Both the position numbers and the translations under genes were made by a program. 64,000 nt of DNA from Myxococcota bacterium (GTDB taxonomy: Bacteria > Myxococcota_A > Polyangia > Nannocystales > Nannocystaceae). Shown here piece after piece: positions 8,553 to 18,208 of this stretch (its first letter is position 1; each line of letters opens with the position of its first letter). Under the pieces are notes generated by a model that saw only the letters and a list, made by a program, of their open reading frames with translations, had not been told where the DNA came from and did no database searches. The stretch spans positions 128,001 through 192,000 of the forward strand of contig JBCCHT010000006.1 in assembly GCA_039028615.1 (NCBI GenBank), given 5' to 3'.

Positions 8553-11500
8553 TCAACGGGGGCGCCGGGCCGTCGCCGCGTCGGCGGCGTGCTCGGCCAG
8601 CCACGCGGAGACCTCGGCGCTCTCGATCTCGTGACGCTCCGGGAGCTCCGACCACCACCGCTGCGCGAGCTCGGCCAGGTCTCGCGCTCGCGCGCGCTGG
8701 TCGGTCTGGGGCCAGAGCGCCTGCGCCAAGGCGAAGGCCGCCTCGGCCCGCTGGGCCGCGGGGGCGTGCTCGCCGAGCCGAAGCTCGTAGCCGCGCTCCA
8801 GCAGCCCGAGCGCTTCACCGCCGGGGTCGCCTCGTGCCAACAAGACCCGGCCCAGGCCCACCAACGCATAGCTGGCGTACACATGCTCGGGGCCGAACAT
8901 GGACTCGATCCGCGCCAACGACTGCCGCAGCAAAGGAAGCGCTTCGTCGTGGCGGCCCAGCCGCAGCAGAGCATCGCCCGCGTTGAACTCGAAGATTCCC
9001 AGGTTGGGATGTTCGGGTCCCGGCCGCCGTGCCATCAGCTCCACCGAGCGCAGCAGCAGCGGCAGCGCCTCCTCTTCCCGCCGCAGCGCGACCAGAGCCC
9101 CTCCGACGTTGTTGAGCGCGACCGCGGTACGCGGGTGCTCGCTGCCCATCATGCGCTCGATGGCCGCCAGCGACTGCCGATGCAGCTCCAGCGACTCCTC
9201 GTAGCGCCCCTGCGCCTCGACGGCGATGGCCAGGTTGTTGAGCAGATCGGTGACCTCGACCGCGTCGGCCCCCACCTCGCGCTCGAGAATCTCGTGGGCG
9301 CGACGGATGTTCTGCTCCGCGTCCGCGTGCTGGCCCAGCGCGGACAACGACGTCCCCAGGCTCGCCATGGTGTGGGCGGTGTCGCGGTGCCCCACGCCGA
9401 GCAGGCGCTCGCGAAGGACGAGCGCCTGCTTCAGAACCTGGACCGATTCTTCATACTCGCCGCGCAGGTGATGCAAGTTTCCCAGCGCCTGGAGCGAGCG
9501 GGCGATGTCGGGATGCTCGCGACCCAACAGCTCCCGTTCGATGGCCAGGGACTCGTGCCGCAGGCGCAGCGCCTCGTCGAACTCACCTCGGCGCCGCGCC
9601 CCGATCTCGAGGTTCGACAGCGTATCGGCGACGCCCAGGCTCGGCGTACCGGCATCGCCGCGGGTACGGATCTCCAGCGAACGCGTGAAAGACTCCGCCG
9701 CCTCTTCGTAGTGCGCGTGGGCGGCCTCCACTGCGCCGCGGTCGTTCAGCACGACGGCCATGCTCCGATCGTCGTCGAGCGTCTCTGCCATGGCGACGGC
9801 GGCAGTGGCCAGCCACCGTGACTCGTCCTCGCGCATCTGTCGGGCCCCCACCACGAACGCGAGCAGGCCGAGGCTGCGCGCGGACGCCGGGTGTCGAGGC
9901 CAACCGATCGCGAGCGGATAGGACTCGGACAAGACCCGCTCGGCATCGTCGTAGCGACCCAGCGCCAGCAGTCCTCGACCCTTGGCCGCCGCGGCCTCGA
10001 TGGCCAAGGGCGGGTAGGCCAGCGCGTCCGGTTCGATGTCGTCGACCATCGCCAACGCTTCCCGATGACGCCCGACGTCGTGCTGCGCGGCGGCCCGCGC
10101 CAGGGTCCGCCGCGCCTGCTCGACCCGCTGCTGCTGCTGCAACGACTCGGGAGGATCGACCGCCGCCTGCAGACGGGACAGCTCGGCGCACCGAGCCAGC
10201 GGCGGCACGCTCTCGGCCAGGGCCACCGCCCGCTCCACCACCCCGGCATCCGCGTCGCTCAGGACCTCGGCCACCGCGTCGAGCCGCACCCGCGCCCCCG
10301 ACAGACAGGCCATGCGCAGGTCCAGGACTTCGGCGCTCTGCTCTCCACGGACCGACGTCGCCTCGCACGCCTCGGTGTGCATCTGCACCCATGTGTCGGC
10401 GTAGGGATCGAGTCGACGCCGCACTTGCGACGCCGCCGCCTCGGCGTACTGGACTCCGCTGGCGCGAAACGACTCCGCCACCGCCTCCCGTCGCGGCTCG
10501 TCCCAGACCCCCACCAGGTGCTCCCGGGCTCCACGACACAGCTCGGGGCGCGAGTCCTGCCAGCCGTAGACCGCACTCATCGTAGCGACCGCCGCGACCC
10601 CGACCGCGGCCATGGCCACGCCGCGCGTGCGGTTGCGGGTGCGATCGCGATCGAGCACCGCCAGCAGCGGCAGCATCGATGGCCATCGATCTTCCGGCCG
10701 CGGCGCGAGCCCCCGCTCGATCGCGTCGACCACCTCCTTCGGCACCGCGGCATCCCCCGTCCACTTGGGCGGCCCGGTGAGCTTGGCCTGCGCCAGGATT
10801 CGGTCGTCGCTCGCCGGGTAGGGGCGCGAGCCGACCAGCGCCTCCCACAATGCGACACAAAACGAGAACTGATCGGCGCGAGCGTCGGCGTCCTCTTCGA
10901 AGTGCTGCTCGGGCGCCATGTACAGCGGCGTGCCCACGACCGTGCCTTCCACGGTCATCGGCACGCGCAGGCTGGCGTGACTGTCGGTGGACGAGCGTTG
11001 CCTGGTCGCCGCGGGCCGAGGCTCGCTGGGCTCCCGCAACGCCCGCGCCAGGCCGAAGTCGGTCACGCGAACGCGACCGTCTCGCCCCACCAGCACGTTG
11101 TCGGGCTTGAAGTCGCGATGCACCAGGTCGGCATCATGCGCCACCACCAGGCCGCGCCCCGCCTGCACGAACGCCTCCAGCACCCGCGGCAAGGCCGGCT
11201 GCTCTTCGCTCAGCCAGCGTCGCAGGGTCCGCCCCTCGACCAGCTCCATGACGAGCAACACGGTGGACTCCAGCACCTCGACGTCGTGCACGGTGACGAC
11301 GTTGGGGTGCGCGAGCTGAGCCATGACCTGGGCTTCCCGCACCATGCGGTCGGAGGCCCGCGCATCGAGAGCATCGGCCCGCAGCTGCTTGATGGCGACC
11401 TCGCGCTGGAGCTTGGGGTCGTAGGCCCGCACCACCACGCCCATGCCGCCGGCTCCAATGGCCTCCAGCACCACGTAACGCCCGAGCTCGCGGACGCCCG

Positions 11501-11585
11501 GATCGAGCCCCATCGCCGCCTCGCCCCCGTGATCATGGCCACCGAGCACGGTGGTGGTCATCGACGACGAGATTTCGATGGCCAC
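8553..11585 (-). CDS. Ser/Thr protein kinase with TM segment and C-terminal TPR repeats
   Basis: IGAGGMG, VAIK, HRDFKPDN, DFGLA, GTPLYMAPE; hydrophobic segment; kinesin-light-chain-type TPRs (LGREHPDIARSL). Exact start uncertain. Confidence 0.93.
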   Translation of the reverse strand: MAIEISSSMTTTVLGGHDHGGEAAMGLDPGVRELGRYVVLEAIGAGGMGVVVRAYDPKLQREVAIKQLRADALDARASDRMVREAQVMAQLAHPNVVTVHDVEVLESTVLLVMELVEGRTLRRWLSEEQPALPRVLEAFVQAGRGLVVAHDADLVHRDFKPDNVLVGRDGRVRVTDFGLARALREPSEPRPAATRQRSSTDSHASLRVPMTVEGTVVGTPLYMAPEQHFEEDADARADQFSFCVALWEALVGSRPYPASDDRILAQAKLTGPPKWTGDAAVPKEVVDAIERGLAPRPEDRWPSMLPLLAVLDRDRTRNRTRGVAMAAVGVAAVATMSAVYGWQDSRPELCRGAREHLVGVWDEPRREAVAESFRASGVQYAEAAASQVRRRLDPYADTWVQMHTEACEATSVRGEQSAEVLDLRMACLSGARVRLDAVAEVLSDADAGVVERAVALAESVPPLARCAELSRLQAAVDPPESLQQQQRVEQARRTLARAAAQHDVGRHREALAMVDDIEPDALAYPPLAIEAAAAKGRGLLALGRYDDAERVLSESYPLAIGWPRHPASARSLGLLAFVVGARQMREDESRWLATAAVAMAETLDDDRSMAVVLNDRGAVEAAHAHYEEAAESFTRSLEIRTRGDAGTPSLGVADTLSNLEIGARRRGEFDEALRLRHESLAIERELLGREHPDIARSLQALGNLHHLRGEYEESVQVLKQALVLRERLLGVGHRDTAHTMASLGTSLSALGQHADAEQNIRRAHEILEREVGADAVEVTDLLNNLAIAVEAQGRYEESLELHRQSLAAIERMMGSEHPRTAVALNNVGGALVALRREEEALPLLLRSVELMARRPGPEHPNLGIFEFNAGDALLRLGRHDEALPLLRQSLARIESMFGPEHVYASYALVGLGRVLLARGDPGGEALGLLERGYELRLGEHAPAAQRAEAAFALAQALWPQTDQRARARDLAELAQRWWSELPERHEIESAEVSAWLAEHAADAATARRPR

Positions 11586-11689
11586 GACCGCTCCATGGTG
11601 CCCTGCGCCCGAACCAACGACCAGCCACAGTTGCAGATCGGGCCCGGTTGGATCGAGACTCCGTCGCGAACATCGAACGGACGACGCCG

Positions 11690-12091
11690 ATGGCTACCGA
11701 ATCGAAACTCCGGACAATCGCCCGCACCGTGCTGGGAGTGCTGCTCGTCCTGCAGGGCATCAACCACTTCATCAGCGTGGACTTCATGGTGAAGATGATC
11801 CCCGCGTACCTGCCCGAGCCGTTGCTGCTCGTGCAGCTCAGCGGCGTCGCCGAGATCCTCTTGGGCGCGCTGGTGTTCGTGCCGCGGTTTCGTCGCCTCG
11901 CCGGGTTCGGCATCTTGGCCCTGCTGGTGGCGGTGTTCCCCGCCAACCTCCAGATGGCCCTGCACCCCGAACAGTGGCCCGACATCCCCCAAGCGGCGCT
12001 GTGGGTTCGGCTGCCCTTCCAGCTGGTGTTCGCGGCGTGGACCTGGTGGACGTGCCTCGCCCCCACCGCCCCCGACACGTCGAAGCCGTAG
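11690..12091 (+). CDS. DoxX-like membrane protein
   Basis: GINHF...MIP.YLP...SGVAEI...VFPAN..MA...RLPFQ motifs; about 4 TM helices. Confidence 0.85.
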   Translation: MATESKLRTIARTVLGVLLVLQGINHFISVDFMVKMIPAYLPEPLLLVQLSGVAEILLGALVFVPRFRRLAGFGILALLVAVFPANLQMALHPEQWPDIPQAALWVRLPFQLVFAAWTWWTCLAPTAPDTSKP

Positions 12092-12127
12092 TTCTCCGCT
12101 CCGCCACAAAATTCGACGAAACGACGC

Positions 12128-12165
12128 CGCCCCGTGGACCGCTCGGTCCCGGGGCGTCTCTTTTT
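12128..12165 (+). terminator. Intrinsic terminator
   Basis: CGCCCCG-T-GGACC-GCTC-GGTCC-CGGGGCG stem followed by TCTCTTTTT. Confidence 0.7.
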
Positions 12166-12176
12166 GATCACGGACG

Positions 12177-12488
12177 ATGCAGCAGCCCTACTACGACATG
12201 TACATGTGCTTGATGGAGAACGATTGGCAGTACTGGGGCCAGTGGAAATACAACGTCAAGGCCAAGCTCAACGAGGCGATCTACATCGGGACCAACCTGG
12301 ATCACATCACGATCTTGGCCCACACCCGCGGGTATCACCGCACCGTCGGGCGCCGCACGGGACGGCAGGTGACCGCCATCATGCGGGTGCCGGAGCTTTG
12401 CTACGAGGTCAACCGCGCCGGGTTCTCGCGGGAGATCACCGAGGCGCTCGCGTGGTTCCACGACCACATCACGTACGAGCACCCCTAG
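12177..12488 (+). CDS. Small hypothetical protein (103 aa)
   Basis: Host-like GC-ending codons, protein-like composition rich in Y/W/H/M, and it fills the intergenic gap. Confidence 0.7.
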   Translation: MQQPYYDMYMCLMENDWQYWGQWKYNVKAKLNEAIYIGTNLDHITILAHTRGYHRTVGRRTGRQVTAIMRVPELCYEVNRAGFSREITEALAWFHDHITYEHP

Positions 12489-12503
12489 CCCGGCGCCAGC
12501 GGC

Positions 12504-13223
12504 TCAGCGCCCGAGGCCGACTGCCGCGACGAGCAGGCCCCCGACCAGCGCGACCCAGGTCGCCGCATGGCATGCGGCCTCTCCCAGGCGGGGCCGGACC
12601 CACCGCCCCAGCAGGTTGCCCGCCAAGATGCCCACGCCCAGCACCAGCGCGGTGGGCAGGTCGGCGGGGCCGAGCATGCCCGTGCCGGCGTAGCCCATGA
12701 TGCGGGCGACGTGAATCGAGCAGGCGACCATCGCTCCGGTCGCCACCAGGGTCTTGCCCCGCAACCCGGCCGCGAGCATCAGCGGGGCCAAGATCAAGCC
12801 GCCGCCTCCGGTCGTCGCGGTCACGAACCCGACGACGGCCCCGCCTCCGGTCAGCCATGATCGCCCCAGGGGAATTCGCACCCAGCCCTGCTCTCGGGCC
12901 ACCGCCACCACGGTGACGCCCAGCAGCAGCCATCGGATCAACGGCTCGGGCAGCGCGGCGCTGATGAGCCCACCGACGGCTGCGCCCACCACCGCGCCCA
13001 AGACCATGCGCCGCGCGGCCGCAGGCACCAGGTGACGCCGAAACAGCCACATGCGGTGGCCCGTGCCCAGCAGCAGCGCGGGCGCGGTGACGGCCAGGGC
13101 GGTATGCGGATCCAACAGCGCCGCCAGGACCACCGTGATCAACAGACCGCCGCCGATACCCGCGACGGTCGACAACAGCCCCGCCGCGATCCCCAGCGGC
13201 ACGATGATCGCCATGACATCCAC
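12504..13223 (-). CDS. Sulfite exporter TauE/SafE family membrane protein
   Basis: Duplicated GxGGG motifs (AGIGGGLL, TTGGGGLIL); about 8 TM helices. Confidence 0.85.
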   Translation of the reverse strand: MDVMAIIVPLGIAAGLLSTVAGIGGGLLITVVLAALLDPHTALAVTAPALLLGTGHRMWLFRRHLVPAAARRMVLGAVVGAAVGGLISAALPEPLIRWLLLGVTVVAVAREQGWVRIPLGRSWLTGGGAVVGFVTATTGGGGLILAPLMLAAGLRGKTLVATGAMVACSIHVARIMGYAGTGMLGPADLPTALVLGVGILAGNLLGRWVRPRLGEAACHAATWVALVGGLLVAAVGLGR

Positions 13224-13269
13224 GGACCCGAGCTTGAGCCGAAGGCGTGTATCGGTCCAACGAAACTAT

Positions 13270-13286
13270 TTTATGTTTACCATAAA
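13270..13286. promoter_or_regulatory. LysR-type operator (T-N11-A dyad)
   Basis: TTTATG-TTTAC-CATAAA inverted repeat in the AT-rich gap between the divergent tauE-like and lysR genes. Confidence 0.7.
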
Positions 13287-13310
13287 TGAAACCGATGGAA
13301 TGCTCGAGGC

Positions 13311-14150
13311 GTGTACGACGAGCTCCAGCACCTGTTGCTCATCGTGGAGCACGGCACCTTCACGGAGGCCGCTCGTCACGCCCACCTGAGTCAGCCCGCG
13401 CTCTCGGCGTCGGTGCGTCGACTCGAGGACTTCATCGGGGCTCGCTTGCTTCATCGCGGGCGGGACGGAGCGCGCCTGACCGCGGCGGGCGAAGCTCTGC
13501 TGCCGCGCGCACGCGCGAGCCTGGCCGCGCTCGACGATGGCCGCCGCGCCGTGGCCGAGGTCATGGGCTTGCGGGCGGGCGAGGTCCGTCTGGGCGCGGG
13601 CACCACCGCCACGACCTACCTTCTGCCCGATCCGCTCGCGCAGTTTCGGGCCCAACACCCGAAGATTCGCTACCTGCTACGGGAGACGACCATCGAGGAC
13701 GGCATCGACGAAGTCGAGCGCGGCACCCTGGACATGGCGGTGCTGACCGCAGAGGGGCACGAGCCGTGGTTCACCGACGAGATGATCCTGGTCGGCGCGC
13801 CCGGGCGACGCGGTCGCACCAACTCGTTCGTCACCTTGCGGCCCGGCACCAACACCCGCAGCCTGCTCGAGAAGCACTTCCCCGAGGCGGAGATCGTGAT
13901 GGAGCTCGGTAGTCTCTCCGCGGTCAAAGGCAACGTGCGCGCGGGCATCGGCATCGCGCTCATCAGCCGGTATGCCGTCGCCGAAGACCTGCGTCAGCGC
14001 CGGTTGGTCCGCATTCGAGACCGGCGGACGCCGATCGAACGTCCGCTGATGCTGGCGCACCGCGGCGTCGACCGCCTGCCGCCCGCCGTCGCGGCCCTAC
14101 GCACGCTGCTGCTGTCGCCCCGAGGCACCCGTCATCTACGGCGGCGCTGA
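13311..14150 (+). CDS. LysR family transcriptional regulator
   Basis: HTH GTFTEAARHAHLSQPALSASVRRLE and LTAAGE; C-terminal effector domain. Confidence 0.95.
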   Translation: MYDELQHLLLIVEHGTFTEAARHAHLSQPALSASVRRLEDFIGARLLHRGRDGARLTAAGEALLPRARASLAALDDGRRAVAEVMGLRAGEVRLGAGTTATTYLLPDPLAQFRAQHPKIRYLLRETTIEDGIDEVERGTLDMAVLTAEGHEPWFTDEMILVGAPGRRGRTNSFVTLRPGTNTRSLLEKHFPEAEIVMELGSLSAVKGNVRAGIGIALISRYAVAEDLRQRRLVRIRDRRTPIERPLMLAHRGVDRLPPAVAALRTLLLSPRGTRHLRRR

Positions 14151-14190
14151 GGTGCTCGTCGCCCTGGAGTGCCCGAGGCGAGCGACGGCG

Positions 14191-14856
14191 TCAGTTCTCC
14201 CAGACGAAATCGTCGCCGTCGGCCGCGGAGTGGCACGCAATGCAGCCCATGTCCGCGCCCAGCCCGACGCGACCCGCCAGCGGCACCCCAGCCGGGTTCT
14301 GGTCGATGGAGCCGTCGGGCAGGTATTTCACCCAGAACCAGTCGCCGGCCTCGGGCTCGTAGCCCTCCACGCGAGCCATCACCGTGATCGCGGCCAGGCT
14401 GTCCTCGCTGTCCTCGGCGAAGTTCTCCTTGAGCAGGACCGAGCCCGGCTCGAGCGTGACGAGGTCGGCCGCGGCCACGTCGTTGCTGAAGACCCGCACG
14501 AAGGCGCCGTGGGGCATGCCGCCGGGGCGGATGCCATCGAGGCCGGGCAGCGTGGACCACTCGGTGTAGCCCTGGACGTCCTGCCACAGCTGAGCCGCTC
14601 GCTCCACGTCGTCGCTGCCGCCGAACGGAGGCGGAGCATCCTCGCCGCCCGAGCCGTCGGTGGGTCCGTCTGCCCCGTCGTCTTCGGAGTCGACCCCGGA
14701 TTCGGTCGCGGGCTCGCCCGCGTCGCTGTCGTGGCTGTGGCCCTCGTCCGCGGCCATGGTCTCGTCGTCGGCTTCATCGGCGCCACATCCGAAGATCAGC
14801 GCTGTACCGAGGCATGTAGTGATCAAGCGAGTAGTCGTCGTTACGCGAATACGCAT
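14191..14856 (-). CDS. Cytochrome P460 family lipoprotein
   Basis: Lipobox IFGC and acidic linker; PGSVLLKEN, GY.P..GDWFW, C-terminal heme motif CIACH and DFVW. Confidence 0.85.
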   Translation of the reverse strand: MRIRVTTTTRLITTCLGTALIFGCGADEADDETMAADEGHSHDSDAGEPATESGVDSEDDGADGPTDGSGGEDAPPPFGGSDDVERAAQLWQDVQGYTEWSTLPGLDGIRPGGMPHGAFVRVFSNDVAAADLVTLEPGSVLLKENFAEDSEDSLAAITVMARVEGYEPEAGDWFWVKYLPDGSIDQNPAGVPLAGRVGLGADMGCIACHSAADGDDFVWEN

Positions 14857-15203
14857 GAGTGAAACTGTCCTGTTCACGAGCCCCCGAGGCTCTACGGCGG
14901 CAGGAATGGACGAGTCGGAATCGAACGGCAATGGTGCGTGGACTCGCATGACCCCGACGTTGCGCGAAAAGGCGCCCAACTCCCGACAGGTGGCCGTAGA
15001 ACATCGTTGGGCGCTCGACCTGGCCCGTCGCCGAGAACCCGGAGCAGCGTAGGGTTTCAGCCGACATTCGGGCCAATTGCATGGCTCACGATCGAGGTCG
15101 TTCGATCGACCGATCATGACCGATGTCGCAACACGCTCTTCGCAACTTGGCGACGAAGAAATTCATCGATCCATGGCGACGTAACGTCGCCCGGTGGAAC
15201 TCG

Positions 15204-16370
15204 TTAGAGGAGGATTTCCACGACGGCGAAGCCGACGAAGGTCCCCAGCGCCGTGCCGAGCGAGCCGACCAAGATCGCCGGCACCACGAGATCGCGACGG
15301 CCGATGCCTCGCGCCAGCGCCAGCGCCGTCGTCCCGCCGCCGATGTTCGCCTGCGACGCCACCGCGGCCAGGGCCGGATCGCCGCGCATGACGAAGGTCG
15401 CTCCGAAGAGCACCACGCCGTGCACGCCGATCACCACGCTGGCCAGCACCACCAGGCGACCGCCCAGCGCACCGAGCTCCACCACCGCCGCGAGATCACA
15501 GTACGCACCAATGGTGGCCAGGAACACTTGCACGGCGAGCATGCCCAGCAGGTTCGCGCCCGACATGCGAGCGACCGCGGGCACCTGCGCCAGCAGCAAC
15601 GCCAGCGTCGTCAGCACCAGCATGCTCGGTAGCTCCACCCCGACCCCGGCCAGCGCGGCCACGACCTCGTCGGTGAGCCACAGCCCCCCGAGACCCAGGG
15701 TGAGCAGCAACGCCAGGTCGAGCGGATCGACGCGTGCCGCATCGAGGTCGATGTCCTCGTCCGATGCGGACTCGGGCTCGCTCGGAGCGTCGACCTTCGG
15801 CGAAGCGCCGGGACGCGACCACAGGCGCGGGATGGCGATGGTCGCGATCATCCACACCGCGGTGAGACCGGCATCGACCGCCATCGTGCCCACGTAGATC
15901 GCCCCTTGATGCACCACGTCGTAGTGCAGCGCCCACGCGTTGAAGTTGGCGCTGCCCCCGATATACGTCGCGGCAAACATGCCGCCCAACGCCGCCGTCG
16001 AGGGCCCGAACGCACCTTCGCCCACCAGGGCCAGGCCGGCCACGACCCCCAGCACCGTGCCCACCGCACCGATGCCGAACAGCAGCAACAAGGGCAAACC
16101 GGCGGAGAGGGTCCGGCGCAGGTCGACCCGCAGCACCAGCCAGAAGATCGCCAGCGGAGCCCCGTAGCCGAACACCAGGTCGTAGACGACGACGGGATTT
16201 TCGGCCGTCGACGCGGCGGGGATGAGCCCGAAATTGGACCCCAGCGCCCCGACCACGATGACGAGCAGCGAGCTGCCCGCGTGCCGCAACGCGGTGTAGC
16301 GGGCCAAACACTCCGAGACCACCACGCACAGTGCCAACGCGGCGAGTACGAGCCGGGGATCCTCGACCAT
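15204..16370 (-). CDS. DUF819 family integral membrane protein
   Basis: SNFGLIP, ATYIGGSANF, ASQANIGG, GSLGTALGTF motifs; about 11 TM helices. The ORF-track N-terminal extension is a shadow of the next gene. Confidence 0.88.
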   Translation of the reverse strand: MVEDPRLVLAALALCVVVSECLARYTALRHAGSSLLVIVVGALGSNFGLIPAASTAENPVVVYDLVFGYGAPLAIFWLVLRVDLRRTLSAGLPLLLLFGIGAVGTVLGVVAGLALVGEGAFGPSTAALGGMFAATYIGGSANFNAWALHYDVVHQGAIYVGTMAVDAGLTAVWMIATIAIPRLWSRPGASPKVDAPSEPESASDEDIDLDAARVDPLDLALLLTLGLGGLWLTDEVVAALAGVGVELPSMLVLTTLALLLAQVPAVARMSGANLLGMLAVQVFLATIGAYCDLAAVVELGALGGRLVVLASVVIGVHGVVLFGATFVMRGDPALAAVASQANIGGGTTALALARGIGRRDLVVPAILVGSLGTALGTFVGFAVVEILL

Positions 16371-16451
16371 CGGTCGGGCCACGATACACCGGGCGCATCG
16401 TCGACGAAGACGGGCGTCGGCCTCGCTTCGCGCTACCATGGACGGGTCCCC

Positions 16452-18080
16452 GTGGTTTGTCGTCCTTGGTTTGTCGCGTTCGCCGCCGTCGCGCCGCTTT
16501 TGGCATGCGGCCGCACTCCGCCTGCGTTTCCTCTCCAGGACGACGCGGGCGGCACCCAGGACTCGGGCGACACCACCGATACCGGTGAGTCCACCGGGGA
16601 ACTCAACTGCGTCGACTCGCCCGAGGCCTGCATCGCCGAGCTGTCCCTGCGACGCGCCGTCGACATCTTGTTCGTCATCGACAACTCGGGATCGATGGGC
16701 GGCGATCAGGGCACGTTGGCCCGGAGCTTCGGCACCTTCGTCGACGTGCTCGAGGCCCAGCAGGTCGGCGCCAACTATCGCATCGGCGTGGCCACGACCG
16801 AGGGCGACGGCTTCATCCACGCCAGCAGCTGCCGCTCACGGCTCGACGACTTCGTCAGCAGCAGCACCATCTACGGCGACAAAGACGAGCGCCAGCGCGG
16901 CTGCCTCGACCACTGCCAGCACGAGTCCATCGGCCTGGCCAACCCGTGGGTCGAAAAGAGCAACGGCACCACCAACCTCCCGCCGGGCGTGACCATGGCC
17001 GAGGCCCTGCAGTGCATCGGGCCCCAGGGCATCACCGGGTCCGGCTTCGAGATGCCGCTCGAGTCCATGCGCCGCCTGGTCTCCGAGGACCCGCAGGGCT
17101 TCTTGCGCACCGATGCCCTGCTCGCCGTCATCTTCGTCACCGACGAGGCCGACTGCTCGATGTCCGACGACAACCTCGTGTGGCTGTCCGCGTTCGGCGA
17201 GCCCTTCTGGACCTCACCCGAGCGCCTGTCCTCGGGCGCCTGCTGGAGCGCGGGGGTGCAGTGCGAGGGCGGTCCCGGGGTCTTCGACTCCTGCGAGACG
17301 GCCGACAAGGACCGCAATGCCGAGCCCACCAGCGACCCCAGCGACGCGGTGCTCTACCCCATCGATCGCTACGTCGACGCGCTGACCGAGCTGGCCGCGG
17401 AGAAACAGGCGCAGGGGGGCCAGAGCGAGGTGCTCATCGCCGTGCTGGCTGGCGTGCCTCTCGACTACCCGGAGACGGGTGAGATCGTCTACGCCGACTC
17501 GCCCGACATTCAGTTCAACGAGGAGTACGGCATCGGCCCCGGCTGCGGTCACGGCACGGAGCAGATCGACGACCCGCCCGGCATTCCGCCCGTGCGCCTG
17601 CGGGAGTTCGCCGAGGCCTTCGCCTCCGAGCGTCGCAACATGTTCTCCATTTGTGCCGACGAGTACGGCATCGCACTGCAGGACATCGCCGATGCCATCG
17701 GGGAGATCAACAGCCGGGCCTGCGTGGCCGGCTGCGTGCACGATCTGCGCTACGACATCCCGCAGCTCCAGCCCGACTGCCAGCTCGTCGAGACCTATGC
17801 CGATGGCGCCCCGGACCAATCGGTCAGCGCCTGCGTCACCACCGAGGCGGGCTGGGACTTCCCCAACCCGGCCACTCATGTCTGCTACCGGGCCCTGGTC
17901 GACGCCGATGCCTCGACCGAAACGGCCATCGACGACATGTCCCCGCAGTGCGTGACCCTGGGCTCCAACCTCGAGCTGGTCGTACAGCGGCGCGAGGGCA
18001 TCCCCGTGCCCTCGGGCACCGCGGTGAAGGTGCGCTGCGATCTCGACGCGCCCTTCGGGGTCAGCTGCGAAGACCGGTGA
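16452..18080 (+). CDS. Myxobacterial Cys-rich vWA-domain lipoprotein (CglB-like architecture)
   Basis: Lipobox LLAC; VDILFVIDNSGSM MIDAS; FLRTDALLAVIFVTDEADCS; many Cys. Confidence 0.85.
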   Translation: MVCRPWFVAFAAVAPLLACGRTPPAFPLQDDAGGTQDSGDTTDTGESTGELNCVDSPEACIAELSLRRAVDILFVIDNSGSMGGDQGTLARSFGTFVDVLEAQQVGANYRIGVATTEGDGFIHASSCRSRLDDFVSSSTIYGDKDERQRGCLDHCQHESIGLANPWVEKSNGTTNLPPGVTMAEALQCIGPQGITGSGFEMPLESMRRLVSEDPQGFLRTDALLAVIFVTDEADCSMSDDNLVWLSAFGEPFWTSPERLSSGACWSAGVQCEGGPGVFDSCETADKDRNAEPTSDPSDAVLYPIDRYVDALTELAAEKQAQGGQSEVLIAVLAGVPLDYPETGEIVYADSPDIQFNEEYGIGPGCGHGTEQIDDPPGIPPVRLREFAEAFASERRNMFSICADEYGIALQDIADAIGEINSRACVAGCVHDLRYDIPQLQPDCQLVETYADGAPDQSVSACVTTEAGWDFPNPATHVCYRALVDADASTETAIDDMSPQCVTLGSNLELVVQRREGIPVPSGTAVKVRCDLDAPFGVSCEDR

Positions 18081-18208
18081 GCGCCGTTTCGTCGAAACGG
18101 TCTAGCTCGCGGCGTACACGCCGTTCTTCGGTTCTGTGCGATCTGGGGCCCGGCCACTTTAGTAAGCCACGACTGAGGCAAGTCACGCAAGGCCCCCCGC
18201 AACTCAAC

